From positions 1-64,000 of the IMG/VR virus record IMGVR_UViG_3300037475_000079: a DNA stretch of 64,000 nt, one strand, 5' to 3'. The notes under the pieces were generated by a model. The model saw only the letters and a list, made by a program, of their open reading frames with translations. It had not been told where the DNA came from and searched no databases. The stretch is from a virus. The position numbers were made by a program, and so were the translations under genes. Below, piece by piece: positions 52,028 to 61,160 of the stretch (position 1 is the first letter of the stretch; every line of letters begins with the position of its first letter).

Positions 52028-52215
52028 AGTTTGTACCCCTTGAACAACACTTCCGGCCTCTGCTCCGCTGCGATTTGCTCTTGCTTATCTTGCAGCAGGA
52101 ACCACGCTGTATTGATCGTGGCGCGAAGCCCCTTGCCGGAGCTTCCGTTGCGGTTGATCTCGTTCATGTCGAGCCACTTCTGGGCGAAGAATTTGTAGCG
52201 TTCCAGGTTGCTCAC
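52024..52215 (-). CDS. hypothetical small protein
   Basis: 63-aa ORF. Confidence 0.4.
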   Translation of the reverse strand: MSNLERYKFFAQKWLDMNEINRNGSSGKGLRATINTAWFLLQDKQEQIAAEQRPEVLFKGYKL

Positions 52216-52227
52216 GGTTGATTGGAC

Positions 52228-53280
52228 TCACCTTCTCTGTCCGAGTTGCCGGCGTATCGCATTGCACATAGCACAATGTGGCGAGTTACATACAGGCTGG
52301 TTGTAAACCATGCCCTGCCAGACGGCTCCCTGCTGCTGCGCCATAGCCGTCTGAACTTGACGCCGATAGAACCATGTGTCTCCGTTCTTCGTGCAATTCA
52401 GTCCGGGAGGCTGATGGAGGTAACTGGCGAATGCCTTGAAACTTTCCAATCTCGGTTTCAGCCTGGCGAGGACGCTGGGATACAGGTATGCCACCGCCAC
52501 GTCCCCAGAAACCGGAACAGTCCCGGCGTCTCCTTCCAGGATCGTAATCAGGTTGTCGAGACCCAGATTCCTTACTCGCTCGCGTGCGGCACTGGCCCTT
52601 TGGGGATCAATCTCGATACCGACACATTTGCATCCCCAGCGTTCAGCCGCCGCAACGCACCAACGGGCATCGTATCCACAGCCAAAGTCAACGAAGGCAA
52701 TTTCTGGTTTTGGAAGCAGTCCGATTACCCGGACTACCTCGGACATCGGCGTGTGCGCAGCCTCTCCGGTTGCGAGTGGGACGCTGGATTGAGCTATGCT
52801 TCCGGCAGAGTTTTTGTAGATATCGGAAAATGCACTCAACCCAGGCCATCCAATGGAAAAGTGTCCATCATTCTCTCCGACGAATCGCCACCAAAAGATG
52901 GGATAACCGCCAGCATTTTTCACCCAATCTGGAAACTTCGATTCATCAGAATTCCAGCGAAAATCGAAATTCTTACTAGATACTGTTTCATTCTTGGCAC
53001 CGGGGCATGCGCTGCACCACGGAGGGCCAAATGCCAAAACAACCGGCGGCACGGATGGACCGTCGGAGCCACCCTGACGTTCCGCTCGCGTGTCGCCGGG
53101 TTTCGGCGGATCGGGAACGACTACCTCGGGTGGCTCAGGTGGTTCGACTACTTCAATAGGTGTCGGAATCGGAGGATTCTCGAATGTAAACCCATCAGGG
53201 CTGGCCGTGAGCATGGGCGAAGGCTCGACGCAGCCAGAGCACAGGATGACGAAAGCGGCGATGGGGAGTAGGATTTTCAT
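52228..53280 (-). CDS. predicted lipoprotein: thioredoxin-like CxxC region fused to a SAM-methyltransferase domain
   Basis: 'MKILLPIAAFVILCSGC' (lipobox), Pro-rich linker, 'FGPPWCSACPG', then 'FVDFGCGYDARW..GIEID'. The ATG overlaps the upstream stop. Confidence 0.6.
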   Translation of the reverse strand: MKILLPIAAFVILCSGCVEPSPMLTASPDGFTFENPPIPTPIEVVEPPEPPEVVVPDPPKPGDTRAERQGGSDGPSVPPVVLAFGPPWCSACPGAKNETVSSKNFDFRWNSDESKFPDWVKNAGGYPIFWWRFVGENDGHFSIGWPGLSAFSDIYKNSAGSIAQSSVPLATGEAAHTPMSEVVRVIGLLPKPEIAFVDFGCGYDARWCVAAAERWGCKCVGIEIDPQRASAARERVRNLGLDNLITILEGDAGTVPVSGDVAVAYLYPSVLARLKPRLESFKAFASYLHQPPGLNCTKNGDTWFYRRQVQTAMAQQQGAVWQGMVYNQPVCNSPHCAMCNAIRRQLGQRR

Positions 53281-54077
53281 CCGAACATCTCTCCCCACGA
53301 AGTTATTTTTCGGTATCCGTAGCTCTGCAAATCGCTGATGCCGATGAGCGTTGCGCCGTGAGCGCCCCAATAGTCAACGACCTCGGGAGCAACCATGCAC
53401 CATCCGCCGTCTCCCCAGGCAGAACTGTGCGAGTTTTCAAGGTCCAGGTCGCCGGCATCGTTGTACCCTTCGAGCACCATTGCATGACCGCCGAGAAGCT
53501 GACCGCCGAGAGTCTGCTTCGTCATTCGCTTTCCAGCGTTTCGCATTCCCATTGTCCAATCGACGCCAATCAGAACTACTCCGACGCCCGAAGAAATCCA
53601 TTTCAGGCAGTCGGCATAGCCCTTCATTATCGAGTGCGAATTGATGAGATGTGCCTTGCCCTCGATTTCCGCGGCTGGCGGTATCTGTGTGACGTATCTT
53701 CCAGGATAAGGGAAACTGGCTTCGCGGCAGATGCCGGTCGTCTGGCTGGCCTTCAATGAGCCGTCAATCGTCGCCCCTTGGTCTCTGCCGAGCAGCCCGC
53801 ACGCTTTCTGGTTTTCGAGGTAACAGTACATCTCCGAGAAGCGTTCGACCATTCCGCCCGTAGCAATCCAGTTCAGAATTTCTTCGCCGGATGCACGCGA
53901 GAAACCGGAACACGACCCAACCTGTCCCTGATTCTTGGCTGGGGCTCGCCATGCCCGATGGCTAATCGAGGCTGGCGCGGAGAACGTCTGTTCCGGCAAT
54001 ACGAAAGGCTTCGACGTCGCAATGAGGCTTGCAAAATCCTCAAGATCGCGGCGGTATCCAAGTCCAAATTCGCTCAC
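53277..54077 (-). CDS. papain-like (C1 family) cysteine peptidase
   Basis: 'NQGQVGSCSGFS' (Cys), 'GGHAMVLEGY' (His) and 'NSHSSAWGDGGW' (Asn/Trp). Confidence 0.75.
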   Translation of the reverse strand: MSEFGLGYRRDLEDFASLIATSKPFVLPEQTFSAPASISHRAWRAPAKNQGQVGSCSGFSRASGEEILNWIATGGMVERFSEMYCYLENQKACGLLGRDQGATIDGSLKASQTTGICREASFPYPGRYVTQIPPAAEIEGKAHLINSHSIMKGYADCLKWISSGVGVVLIGVDWTMGMRNAGKRMTKQTLGGQLLGGHAMVLEGYNDAGDLDLENSHSSAWGDGGWCMVAPEVVDYWGAHGATLIGISDLQSYGYRKITSWGEMFG

Positions 54078-54466
54078 TTGCCGCTCGCTTTCTTCAGTCC
54101 GGCAGCCATTGCCCGGTACGCCTTCGAAGTGTCTGCTGCACTCAAATCTTTGCCCGGTGGCACATCCTGGTCCATGCGTTGCCCGAGCCTGACGTTGAAT
54201 AGAGAATTTCTAAGCGCAGCCGATGACGCCTTGAATGATTCAGTGACTTGCGACTGCGCCTTATATTTCCCGGAGTCCAAGTCTTTCGCAGTCGATTCGC
54301 ACAGATCAGCCATGCCTGCTAGGTAGTCGCGCCCGGTCTGTTCGGCGACAGCTTCAAGTGTCGTGCCGACAACAGGCTGCGGCTTCGCTGCGTCTGGCTG
54401 CACAATCAAATCGCAGCCGGTGATCAGCAGGACGCACGCGATTATCGGAATGCGGAAATTATTCAC
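54074..54466 (-). CDS. predicted lipoprotein
   Basis: GTG start 7 nt after AAGGAG. 'VNNFRIPIIACVLLITGC' contains a lipobox. Confidence 0.5.
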   Translation of the reverse strand: MNNFRIPIIACVLLITGCDLIVQPDAAKPQPVVGTTLEAVAEQTGRDYLAGMADLCESTAKDLDSGKYKAQSQVTESFKASSAALRNSLFNVRLGQRMDQDVPPGKDLSAADTSKAYRAMAAGLKKASGK

Positions 54467-54631
54467 CGTACATCTCCTTCCGCACCCAATCGGGAATGTC
54501 GTTTGGATTCCTTCGCAGAGCACATACAAAATTCATGCCGCCGAGAAAAGCGCACCACAAACAAAATACTGGACTCGTGTCACGAAACATCAACACGGCA
54601 GCCACGCATAGTCCTGTGAAAAATCCGTGGA

Positions 54632-55066
54632 TCATCGAGAGGTCTCCTTGTGAGAAGCCTTATGTTTGCCGTGCTTATGCTTCTCGTGGTGGCGCACCTT
54701 AGTAACCGGGGCATCATCGACGACCGAATACGTCGAGTAATCCGAGTAAGTCGGCATGCTTCTATACACAACCGGCGGCGCATCCTGAACCGGCGCAGGA
54801 TCGGCGGGCGCGGCGACAGGCGCTTGCGCTGCCGGCGGCGGCACATAGTAACCGACCTGCGGAGCGACGGAATACGTCACGACAGGCGAGCGGTAAACGC
54901 GATATGTGCGATAAGTCGGTCCATACGAATACGACCGGCCATAGGTCATGTTGTATCCGCTGCCGCCGTAGTTGTGGATGACCGTCCGGTTGGACTCACC
55001 GAACAGCAGCCCGGCGAACGCGGGGCATGGGAGCAGAAAAAGGCAGAGTGCGAGAATGTATCTCAT
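54632..55066 (-). CDS. secreted Tyr/Pro-rich protein with His/Lys-rich tail
   Basis: Signal peptide 'MRYILALCLFLLPCPAFA'. Confidence 0.55.
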   Translation of the reverse strand: MRYILALCLFLLPCPAFAGLLFGESNRTVIHNYGGSGYNMTYGRSYSYGPTYRTYRVYRSPVVTYSVAPQVGYYVPPPAAQAPVAAPADPAPVQDAPPVVYRSMPTYSDYSTYSVVDDAPVTKVRHHEKHKHGKHKASHKETSR

Positions 55067-55482
55067 GCTGTGTTCCTTGTGTCTGGAGCAATGTCCGGTC
55101 GAGTCCGGTTCTTACGTGCTTTGATGAGGACGTTCAAGCCGTCAAATTCCGCGTCCGATGCACCGGCCGTAACGAGTGCCGAATGAGTCACGTCGTATTG
55201 GTGCAAGACGGGATCAACGCCAGTGGGCGCCACAGACGGTGCCGACGCCGCCGCTCGATGATTCGAGACGACACCGGCTGCGCCAGCGATCAACGCCACG
55301 CCCGATAGGGCACCGACACCAAGCACGTTCGTTGCCTGTTGCGACACAGAGTCCGTTCCTGGCTTGTGGGCGAGAGCGTCGGCATGTGCTCCCGCTGCAT
55401 GAACTCCCGCGAGCAGAGAGACGATGAAACTGATGATCGGCCATGCAACGCGGAGAAAGCCGACGATGGATGCAAAGCTCAT
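55063..55482 (-). CDS. membrane protein
   Basis: Hydrophobic segments 'WPIISFIVSLLAGV' and 'VLGVGALSGVALIAGAAGVV'. Confidence 0.5.
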   Translation of the reverse strand: MSFASIVGFLRVAWPIISFIVSLLAGVHAAGAHADALAHKPGTDSVSQQATNVLGVGALSGVALIAGAAGVVSNHRAAASAPSVAPTGVDPVLHQYDVTHSALVTAGASDAEFDGLNVLIKARKNRTRPDIAPDTRNTA

Positions 55483-55763
55483 TACGGGCCTGCGCTTTCC
55501 ATCGCGTGCAGCGTTGCGACCAGCTCCCCCGCTTCTGCCGCCGGTACGCCCGCCCCCTCAAGAGCAAGAATGAACTTGATGGCCCGGTGCGCCTCGGCCT
55601 CGAACTTGGCGACGTTCGGCAGGTATTGACCAAGGAACGTCATGAAGCCGGCATTGGCCTCGCCCTTGGTGAAAACCGTGTCGAGAAACGTGAGTAAGGC
55701 GTTCGATTTTCCGATCAGAATCGTAACGTACTGTTTCAGCTTGTCGATATCGAGTGGTGGCAT
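55482..55763 (-). CDS. hypothetical protein
   Basis: 93-aa ORF. Confidence 0.45.
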   Translation of the reverse strand: MPPLDIDKLKQYVTILIGKSNALLTFLDTVFTKGEANAGFMTFLGQYLPNVAKFEAEAHRAIKFILALEGAGVPAAEAGELVATLHAMESAGP

Positions 55764-55777
55764 GTGTGGCTCCTGTG

Positions 55778-56170
55778 TTAGTGATACGCTTCCTCGTGAC
55801 TGTGAATCGACTCTGACGCGGCCTTCGCCTTGAATTCAGAAAGCGCGTCCCGTGCGTGCTTCGCTAATGCCTTGTGTCCCGCTTCGTTCGTGATGACCGC
55901 CAGCGTTTCAGTGACGGTCGCATTGATTTCGAGATGCGTCTTTTCGGAACTGCCTACTCGGCTATCAATAGACTTCAAGTCGCTGTCGCCTGATGCTCCA
56001 AGTTCGTTTATCCGTCTGTGCAGGTTTGCCAGATTCTTCGCGCTCTCTTCAGACGCGACGTCGATCTTCCCGCTGCACCGCTCGAAGAACGCCGCGTTCA
56101 TAAGAGCTGATCCCAGCAGCACCGCAATCGCGGCCAGCCAGAGTTCGTAATTGATCGTTGCGAGGATCAT
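55778..56170 (-). CDS. N-terminal transmembrane helix plus helical domain protein
   Basis: 'ELWLAAIAVLLGSALMNAAFF'. Confidence 0.5.
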   Translation of the reverse strand: MILATINYELWLAAIAVLLGSALMNAAFFERCSGKIDVASEESAKNLANLHRRINELGASGDSDLKSIDSRVGSSEKTHLEINATVTETLAVITNEAGHKALAKHARDALSEFKAKAASESIHSHEEAYH

Positions 56171-56622
56171 GATGGAAGTTGATTCTGATTCTTCATGTGG
56201 TTTTCATACATATCTTTTGATGCATCAGCCCTGGCCCTGTCTCCTTCGTCGCCTGTCGCCTTAGCCTTGAATTCTGAATCCTCTGCTGCCGACTTGAGAA
56301 GCGGTGCCAGACCCCCATTGACAAGATTGTGCGTTGCCTGTCCCAGTTCGTGATTCGCAGCACCAATCTCTGCAAGTCCTTCGAGCTTTTCATCAGTTTC
56401 TTCGCGCTGCTCTTTATTGGTTTTCTCTTGTATTTTCAGTGTTTCCTTAACCTCTTTGACGGCAGTTGCAGCATTATCTGAAGCCGTTGCGGCAGTCTTT
56501 GCCTGAGCGTTCAGTCTGGCCATCAGGTAAGTCAGCACGCCGCTAATGAGGGTCGCAATGCACCCGGTTATCAGCGTGGCGATTTGCACGGCATCGGATG
56601 TTTCGGCCAGTATTTCCATCAC
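56167..56622 (-). CDS. N-terminal transmembrane helix plus helical domain protein
   Basis: 'VQIATLITGCIATLISGVLTYLMA'. Confidence 0.5.
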   Translation of the reverse strand: MMEILAETSDAVQIATLITGCIATLISGVLTYLMARLNAQAKTAATASDNAATAVKEVKETLKIQEKTNKEQREETDEKLEGLAEIGAANHELGQATHNLVNGGLAPLLKSAAEDSEFKAKATGDEGDRARADASKDMYENHMKNQNQLPS

Positions 56623-56969
56623 AGCCCTGGAGGTTCCGGTTTCGCGTCCGCTGCTTTTTGCTCGACGACAACCTTAGCGGCTTCGACGGCTGCCACGGGA
56701 ATCGCCTGCGTGGCCTCAACATTCTTCTCGGCGGCGACCTTGACCTGCGCCGTCTCGGCAGTGTTCAGATCAACCTTGGCGGCGACGTTCGAAAGTCCGT
56801 CGGCAACCTCCGTCTTCAGTTCCTTCGCGTGCTTGACCTGCTGCTCCCCGTTCTCAACGATTGCCGAAGTGTTCGTGTGTGTCAGCCACCCGAGAACGGC
56901 TACTGCGAATGCCAGAAACAGTTTGTCCCAGATGTAGGACGGGATGCCCAACCACTTCTTGTCGTCCAT
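56619..56969 (-). CDS. N-terminal transmembrane helix plus helical domain protein
   Basis: Start at MDDKKW with a TAGGAG RBS. 'LFLAFAVAVLGWL'. Confidence 0.5.
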   Translation of the reverse strand: MDDKKWLGIPSYIWDKLFLAFAVAVLGWLTHTNTSAIVENGEQQVKHAKELKTEVADGLSNVAAKVDLNTAETAQVKVAAEKNVEATQAIPVAAVEAAKVVVEQKAADAKPEPPGL

Positions 56970-56992
56970 TGTGGCTCCTATAAATTGGTTCG

Positions 56993-57208
56993 TCACCAAG
57001 CGATTGAAAGCAAGAATTTGATGGCCACGATCCCTACGAAACACGCGACAATAATCCAGAAAATCGTCACAATAAATGTCGGTATCTCAACCCCCATCTG
57101 ACGCAGCACAACGAACATGATTCCGGCGACGGCGCCGATCAGGATAATGATGATTGCCCAGTGAGCGATTGATCCGGCCATTCCGGCTTGAGCGAGAAGC
57201 GACAACAT
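56993..57208 (-). CDS. small multi-pass membrane protein (holin-like by size and topology)
   Basis: 71 aa with hydrophobic stretches 'WAIIIILIGAVAGIMFVVL' and 'IVTIFWIIVACFVGIVAIKFLL'. Confidence 0.4.
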   Translation of the reverse strand: MLSLLAQAGMAGSIAHWAIIIILIGAVAGIMFVVLRQMGVEIPTFIVTIFWIIVACFVGIVAIKFLLSIAW

Positions 57209-57223
57209 GACGCACGCGGCTTT

Positions 57224-57586
57224 CTAGAGTGAGGGCTGGCATCCCTGCGCGGTGTATTGTGACTTCATGCTGCCGAGTGCTGCATTCGTCGTTGTCAACG
57301 CAGCCTGCACACCGGCAAGAGTTTCGAGTTCATTCAGTATGTTCGTCCATTCGGAAATCAGTGCAGACGGGACTGGCGCGAGCGTGTTCAGATAGGTGAT
57401 CCGTGCCTGAACTCCGCTGATCGTTGGCGGCGGTCCTGGTGGCAGTGTGCCGCCCTTGTTGTCATCAATGATCGCATTCGTAAAGTCAGAACCGATCTCC
57501 GCCTGGTCGTCAATGACGTCCTGATTCAGCGTATCGGACTGTGCCGTCAAATCGGCAATCTGCTCTCTAAGCTGGTCGCAAGTCAT
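57224..57586 (-). CDS. hypothetical protein
   Basis: 120-aa ORF. Confidence 0.45.
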   Translation of the reverse strand: MTCDQLREQIADLTAQSDTLNQDVIDDQAEIGSDFTNAIIDDNKGGTLPPGPPPTISGVQARITYLNTLAPVPSALISEWTNILNELETLAGVQAALTTTNAALGSMKSQYTAQGCQPSL

Positions 57587-58071
57587 TTACCATCCTCTGG
57601 AATTCCCATGCGATTCGTGATTTGATCCAGCTTGATTTCGATTCTCTTGTTCTGCGCCAAAGTCAGCGCCGAGACCTTGACAGACTCCTGAGAGATAACG
57701 ACCAACGACTTGCTGATTTCCGACTGATTTTCAATGTACTTCGTGAGTGAGTTGACAACTGGTATGACGACGTTCGTTCCGACCCACGGCAGCATGACGA
57801 GCACGGCCGGCGCCACGATAACGCAAAACGCCGTGATTCTTCCGCACTTGTTCACCAGATACGCAACATCAATCGCCTTCTGGCTCGGAAGACTTGGAAA
57901 TTTATCAGTGGTCTCATGTGGTGTCTTCCTGCGTGGTGGGGACACCTCGACCTCCTTCGTGGATAAGCGCGATTCCCTCTGATGTGGAGGTGTAGGGTCA
58001 TTCGCGGTCACGAGAGTTTCATCCCCGTTTAGCGAAATGCCGTCCATTTGTTTCGATTCTCGTAAAGTCAT
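57583..58071 (-). CDS. membrane protein
   Basis: Start taken at MTLRESK. 'ITAFCVIVAPAVLVMLPWVGTNVVIPVV'. Confidence 0.4.
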   Translation of the reverse strand: MTLRESKQMDGISLNGDETLVTANDPTPPHQRESRLSTKEVEVSPPRRKTPHETTDKFPSLPSQKAIDVAYLVNKCGRITAFCVIVAPAVLVMLPWVGTNVVIPVVNSLTKYIENQSEISKSLVVISQESVKVSALTLAQNKRIEIKLDQITNRMGIPEDGK

Positions 58072-58175
58072 GGCGGCATTCCGGTCGAGGTATTCGATTA
58101 GCGGCAATGCCCGGTTTGTTCGGGTGTCGTCGTAGGTCCGGCCGTCAGTTAGCCCTGGCGGTCGGGCCGGTGTTT

Positions 58176-58439
58176 TCAGGTGATTCGATTCCTTTTGGCG
58201 TAATGTGTTCTGACTGATAATTCGCGCTGTTCGTTTTGTGTCAGAGGTTTTCCGTTCCACAGGTTCTGATTGGCATCGGATCGTCTGCACAATTCGGCCA
58301 TCCGTCGTGGCTTGGAAGTGTGCGTCGAACCGCGCTCGCAGGGGCCATCGTCGTCGTCATCCTCTTCCAAATCCTCATCCGGCCCAAATCGATAAAGACT
58401 GGCTCGGGATGCGGCGAGTTCTGAGGCGGTGACTGGCAT
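58176..58439 (-). CDS. hypothetical acidic protein
   Basis: 87-aa ORF containing 'DEDLEEDDDDD'. Confidence 0.35.
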   Translation of the reverse strand: MPVTASELAASRASLYRFGPDEDLEEDDDDDGPCERGSTHTSKPRRMAELCRRSDANQNLWNGKPLTQNEQRELSVRTHYAKRNRIT

Positions 58440-58568
58440 GGATGCTATCCAACGAAAAACGGTCGAGGGATTAGCGGGGAGTCACTCAAAAGAATGAATC
58501 TCCGCCAACCCCCCGACCGCGATGCTTTACTGTCACACCCGTTGGATGCCGGGGCAGGATTGGTGCCG

Positions 58569-58733
58569 TTACTTTATCGTTGCCTCAGTCAATGTGTCAA
58601 CATCATAAATTGTCAAAACGCATTGCCTGGACGCCTTTACGATCTTGTCCCCAATGCGGATTGGCTCCTGCTTTTTGGCCTTGATCTTCGCCGGACGCTT
58701 CCGTGGCTTCCTGTTCGGCTTCCGTGTAAGCAT
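58569..58733 (-). CDS. possible 54-aa basic protein
   Basis: MLTRKPNRKPRKRPAKIKAKKQEPIRIGDKIVKASRQCVLTIYDVDTLTEATIK*. AAGGGA lies upstream. Confidence 0.3.
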   Translation of the reverse strand: MLTRKPNRKPRKRPAKIKAKKQEPIRIGDKIVKASRQCVLTIYDVDTLTEATIK

Positions 58734-58790
58734 CGTGAGTCCCTTCGTGTCGCGTGCGATGTGATTCCCTGTTATTGCGTTTTCAGCGTT

Positions 58791-59306
58791 TTAGCCCCAA
58801 TATGAAACCAGCCACCAGCCCGGTTTCTGGCCCGGCGGCGGCTCAATGCCCAGTTCCTTGCAGAACTTTTCCAGCTTCCCGTCCCAGTCGTCACCGGCCT
58901 TTGGCCATGCGTCAATGCGTGCTGGGTATCCACGTCTCGCGAACAAACCGGAATCCGCGATCTCGATGTAGGGAATCATGCAGTCTTGGCTGCAATGGTG
59001 ATTGATCTCGCATCCCAATTCTTGCTCAATCGACTTTTTGAGATGGGCCCAGGCGTCAATGGCGGCTCGATTCTCGGCCATCCATTTGTCGCCAATGGCG
59101 TTCCGCTCTTTTCCATAAGGGGCGGCGTCGCACTCCGCTTCGGGGTAAGAATCCCAGGGGGATTTGTGGCCCCGCTTTCTGGCGACAACATCCACCCATT
59201 CCGAGTCGTTGAGTTCGTCGTCGCTTTCGCCATCCGGGTCGAACAGGTCGATCTCGTCGTCCCAGCAGTAGCCGTAGAACAGAATAGCGTTCGTCGAAAC
59301 TCCCAT
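58791..59306 (-). CDS. hypothetical protein
   Basis: 171-aa ORF. Confidence 0.5.
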   Translation of the reverse strand: MGVSTNAILFYGYCWDDEIDLFDPDGESDDELNDSEWVDVVARKRGHKSPWDSYPEAECDAAPYGKERNAIGDKWMAENRAAIDAWAHLKKSIEQELGCEINHHCSQDCMIPYIEIADSGLFARRGYPARIDAWPKAGDDWDGKLEKFCKELGIEPPPGQKPGWWLVSYWG

Positions 59307-59375
59307 TTGGTTATCCCTCCTATCGCGTTTTGCGGCCGTTTTTTGGGTGGAGAATGACGTGGGTTATTCGGTTTT

Positions 59376-59510
59376 CTACCGCCCTCGAATGAGTATAAAG
59401 GCTTCTTCGAGCGACGTTACTTTAGTCGAAAAAAGAAGGCTCCCTTCGATGAACGCACGCACAATCCACCAACCTTTCTGGTGGTCGTCTTGCTCGATTT
59501 CATACTTCAC
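59376..59510 (-). CDS. possible 44-aa protein (GTG start)
   Basis: VKYEIEQDDHQKGWWIVRAFIEGSLLFSTKVTSLEEAFILIRGR*. GAGG lies 7 nt upstream. Confidence 0.3.
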   Translation of the reverse strand: MKYEIEQDDHQKGWWIVRAFIEGSLLFSTKVTSLEEAFILIRGR

Positions 59511-59697
59511 GACTGAACCTCATTTAGTTGTGATTTAAGACGCTAAGGCGCATCCGCAGCCGCCCCATTCTTCCGAACCAAAGCACTCCCCGGCCTCGAT
59601 ACGTTCCCGCAGCATTGTCAACGTGAGCGGTTTCTTTTGGTACTGACACAGTTGAAGCAGAACGGAAATTGATGGAATAAAAAATGCACGATCGACC

Positions 59698-59829
59698 TTA
59701 CTTCTTTCGCCTCTTGCGTTTGCCAGCCTTGATTGCCGCGTCCACGTCGGCTTTCGGCACGCTCACGACCTGTCGCAACAAACTCTTGAACTTTCCCATG
59801 CCTTTCGGCTTTGGCGTTTCCTTGGCCAT
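59698..59829 (-). CDS. possible 43-aa basic protein downstream of the IS1595 transposase
   Basis: MAKETPKPKGMGKFKSLLRQVVSVPKADVDAAIKAGKRKRRKK*. Confidence 0.3.
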   Translation of the reverse strand: MAKETPKPKGMGKFKSLLRQVVSVPKADVDAAIKAGKRKRRKK

Positions 59830-59842
59830 GCTCGCAATCCTT

Positions 59843-60802
59843 TTACTTGAGTCCCATGAATCCGCTGTCGCCAATTGCGGCCAGACGGCGATACGTCAAA
59901 CGCTTCCCGACAACGCCGCGCAGGACCAACAGGAACCGCATGGCGTCGTTGACTTCCCTCTCGTTCCAGCGGAACGCCTGTTCGGTCGTGTAGCGATGCA
60001 AATGGTACGGCTCGACGTGAGTCCAGGTTCCTTTGAGCGACCTGTTCAGGAGCGACCAGAAGCATTCCAGGGTATTCGTGTGGGCGCGGCCCTTGACGTA
60101 TTCCCCGATGCCGTGGTTGACGGTTTCGTGGACGTACTGGCTGAGCAAGCCCAGATAGGCCAACGCCTCGTCCGTATACAGGTGCGATCCTTTCTCGACG
60201 TTCATCAGGACATTGCCTTGCAACACGTCCGCGGATGCGGACGGCACAACGAAAGTCTTGATTCGTCCGTCGCGTTCGACGAGTCCCTGAACCGGAGTTT
60301 TACCGACCGACCCGCGACCCCTGATTTTGGCTTCACGTTTTGCCTTGTGCATGTTCTTCGCGGCCCCACCGATGAACGTCTCGTCCGATTCGACTTCACC
60401 GGCCAGCTTGGCGAACGAACCGACTTCCATCGCTTTGCGGATGCGATGGGTCATGAACCACGCCGTAGCCTGCGTCACGTCGAGCGCTCTGCCGAGTTCG
60501 TGAGACGAGATTCCATTCTTGCAATTGGCCACGCACCACAACGCGACAAACCACTTATCAAGCCCCAAGGGGCTATCCTCAAAGATCGTTCCGACCTTGA
60601 AGCTGAATTGCCGCTTGCACGCTCGCACGTTGCATTGCATCTTGCGACGGCCTTTGACCGGCGACACGGATTCACCGCCGCACTTCGGACAGACGATCTT
60701 GCCGGACGGCCATTTGACTTCCTTCATCAGTTCGTCGCACTTGTCCAAGTCAGAGAAGTAGCGGACGGCTTCGAGCAGAGATTTAGGGAGTTCTTCGATC
60801 AT
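59843..60802 (-). mobile_element. IS1595-family (ISXO2-like) transposase gene; element ends not resolved
   Basis: N-terminal zinc ribbon 'CPKCGGESVSPVKGRRKMQCNVRACKRQFS', DDE region 'VESDETFIGG', 'HLYTDEALAY' and 'HTNTLECFWSLLNRSLKGT'. Confidence 0.8.
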
Positions 60803-60826
60803 GATGAATCCTCAAGTGATTGGCCT

Positions 60827-61075
60827 CTACCAAGTCTCAAATTCGCCGCCGTGAACATCCTCGGGAAATTCCCTCTGCCCATCATCAACTTTGCCGCCCT
60901 TGAGCGGGTGTCGATCATTCTTGGTGACAGTGGCCAGGACTACGCGGAATGGTCCCGGCGATCTTTCGGAGTTCCTGAATCCAGTCACCGTCACGCGCTC
61001 GCGATATGTCACGTCCGTTTCGGGGAGAATGATTTTGCTTCCAACTTTAAGGGATCGTCCATTGATGAGTTTCAT
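60827..61075 (-). CDS. hypothetical protein
   Basis: 82-aa ORF. Confidence 0.45.
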   Translation of the reverse strand: MKLINGRSLKVGSKIILPETDVTYRERVTVTGFRNSERSPGPFRVVLATVTKNDRHPLKGGKVDDGQREFPEDVHGGEFETW

Positions 61076-61160
61076 GTTTTGTTCCTAAAGCCTGCGCCCG
61101 GCTTTTCGGCTTTCGCCGGGAGTGTGACTAGCACGCCACCGGGCGCAGGGGAGTCGGGAA

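Noticed and set aside
52222-53271. 349-aa + strand ORF
   Set aside because: Antisense to the lipoprotein-methyltransferase gene, which has clear signal, CxxC and SAM-binding motifs.
59639-60831. GGTA...TACC as IS1595 ends with flanking duplication
   Set aside because: The 8-mers outside these positions (TTTCTTTT and AAGTCTCA) differ, and the putative arms do not align collinearly.
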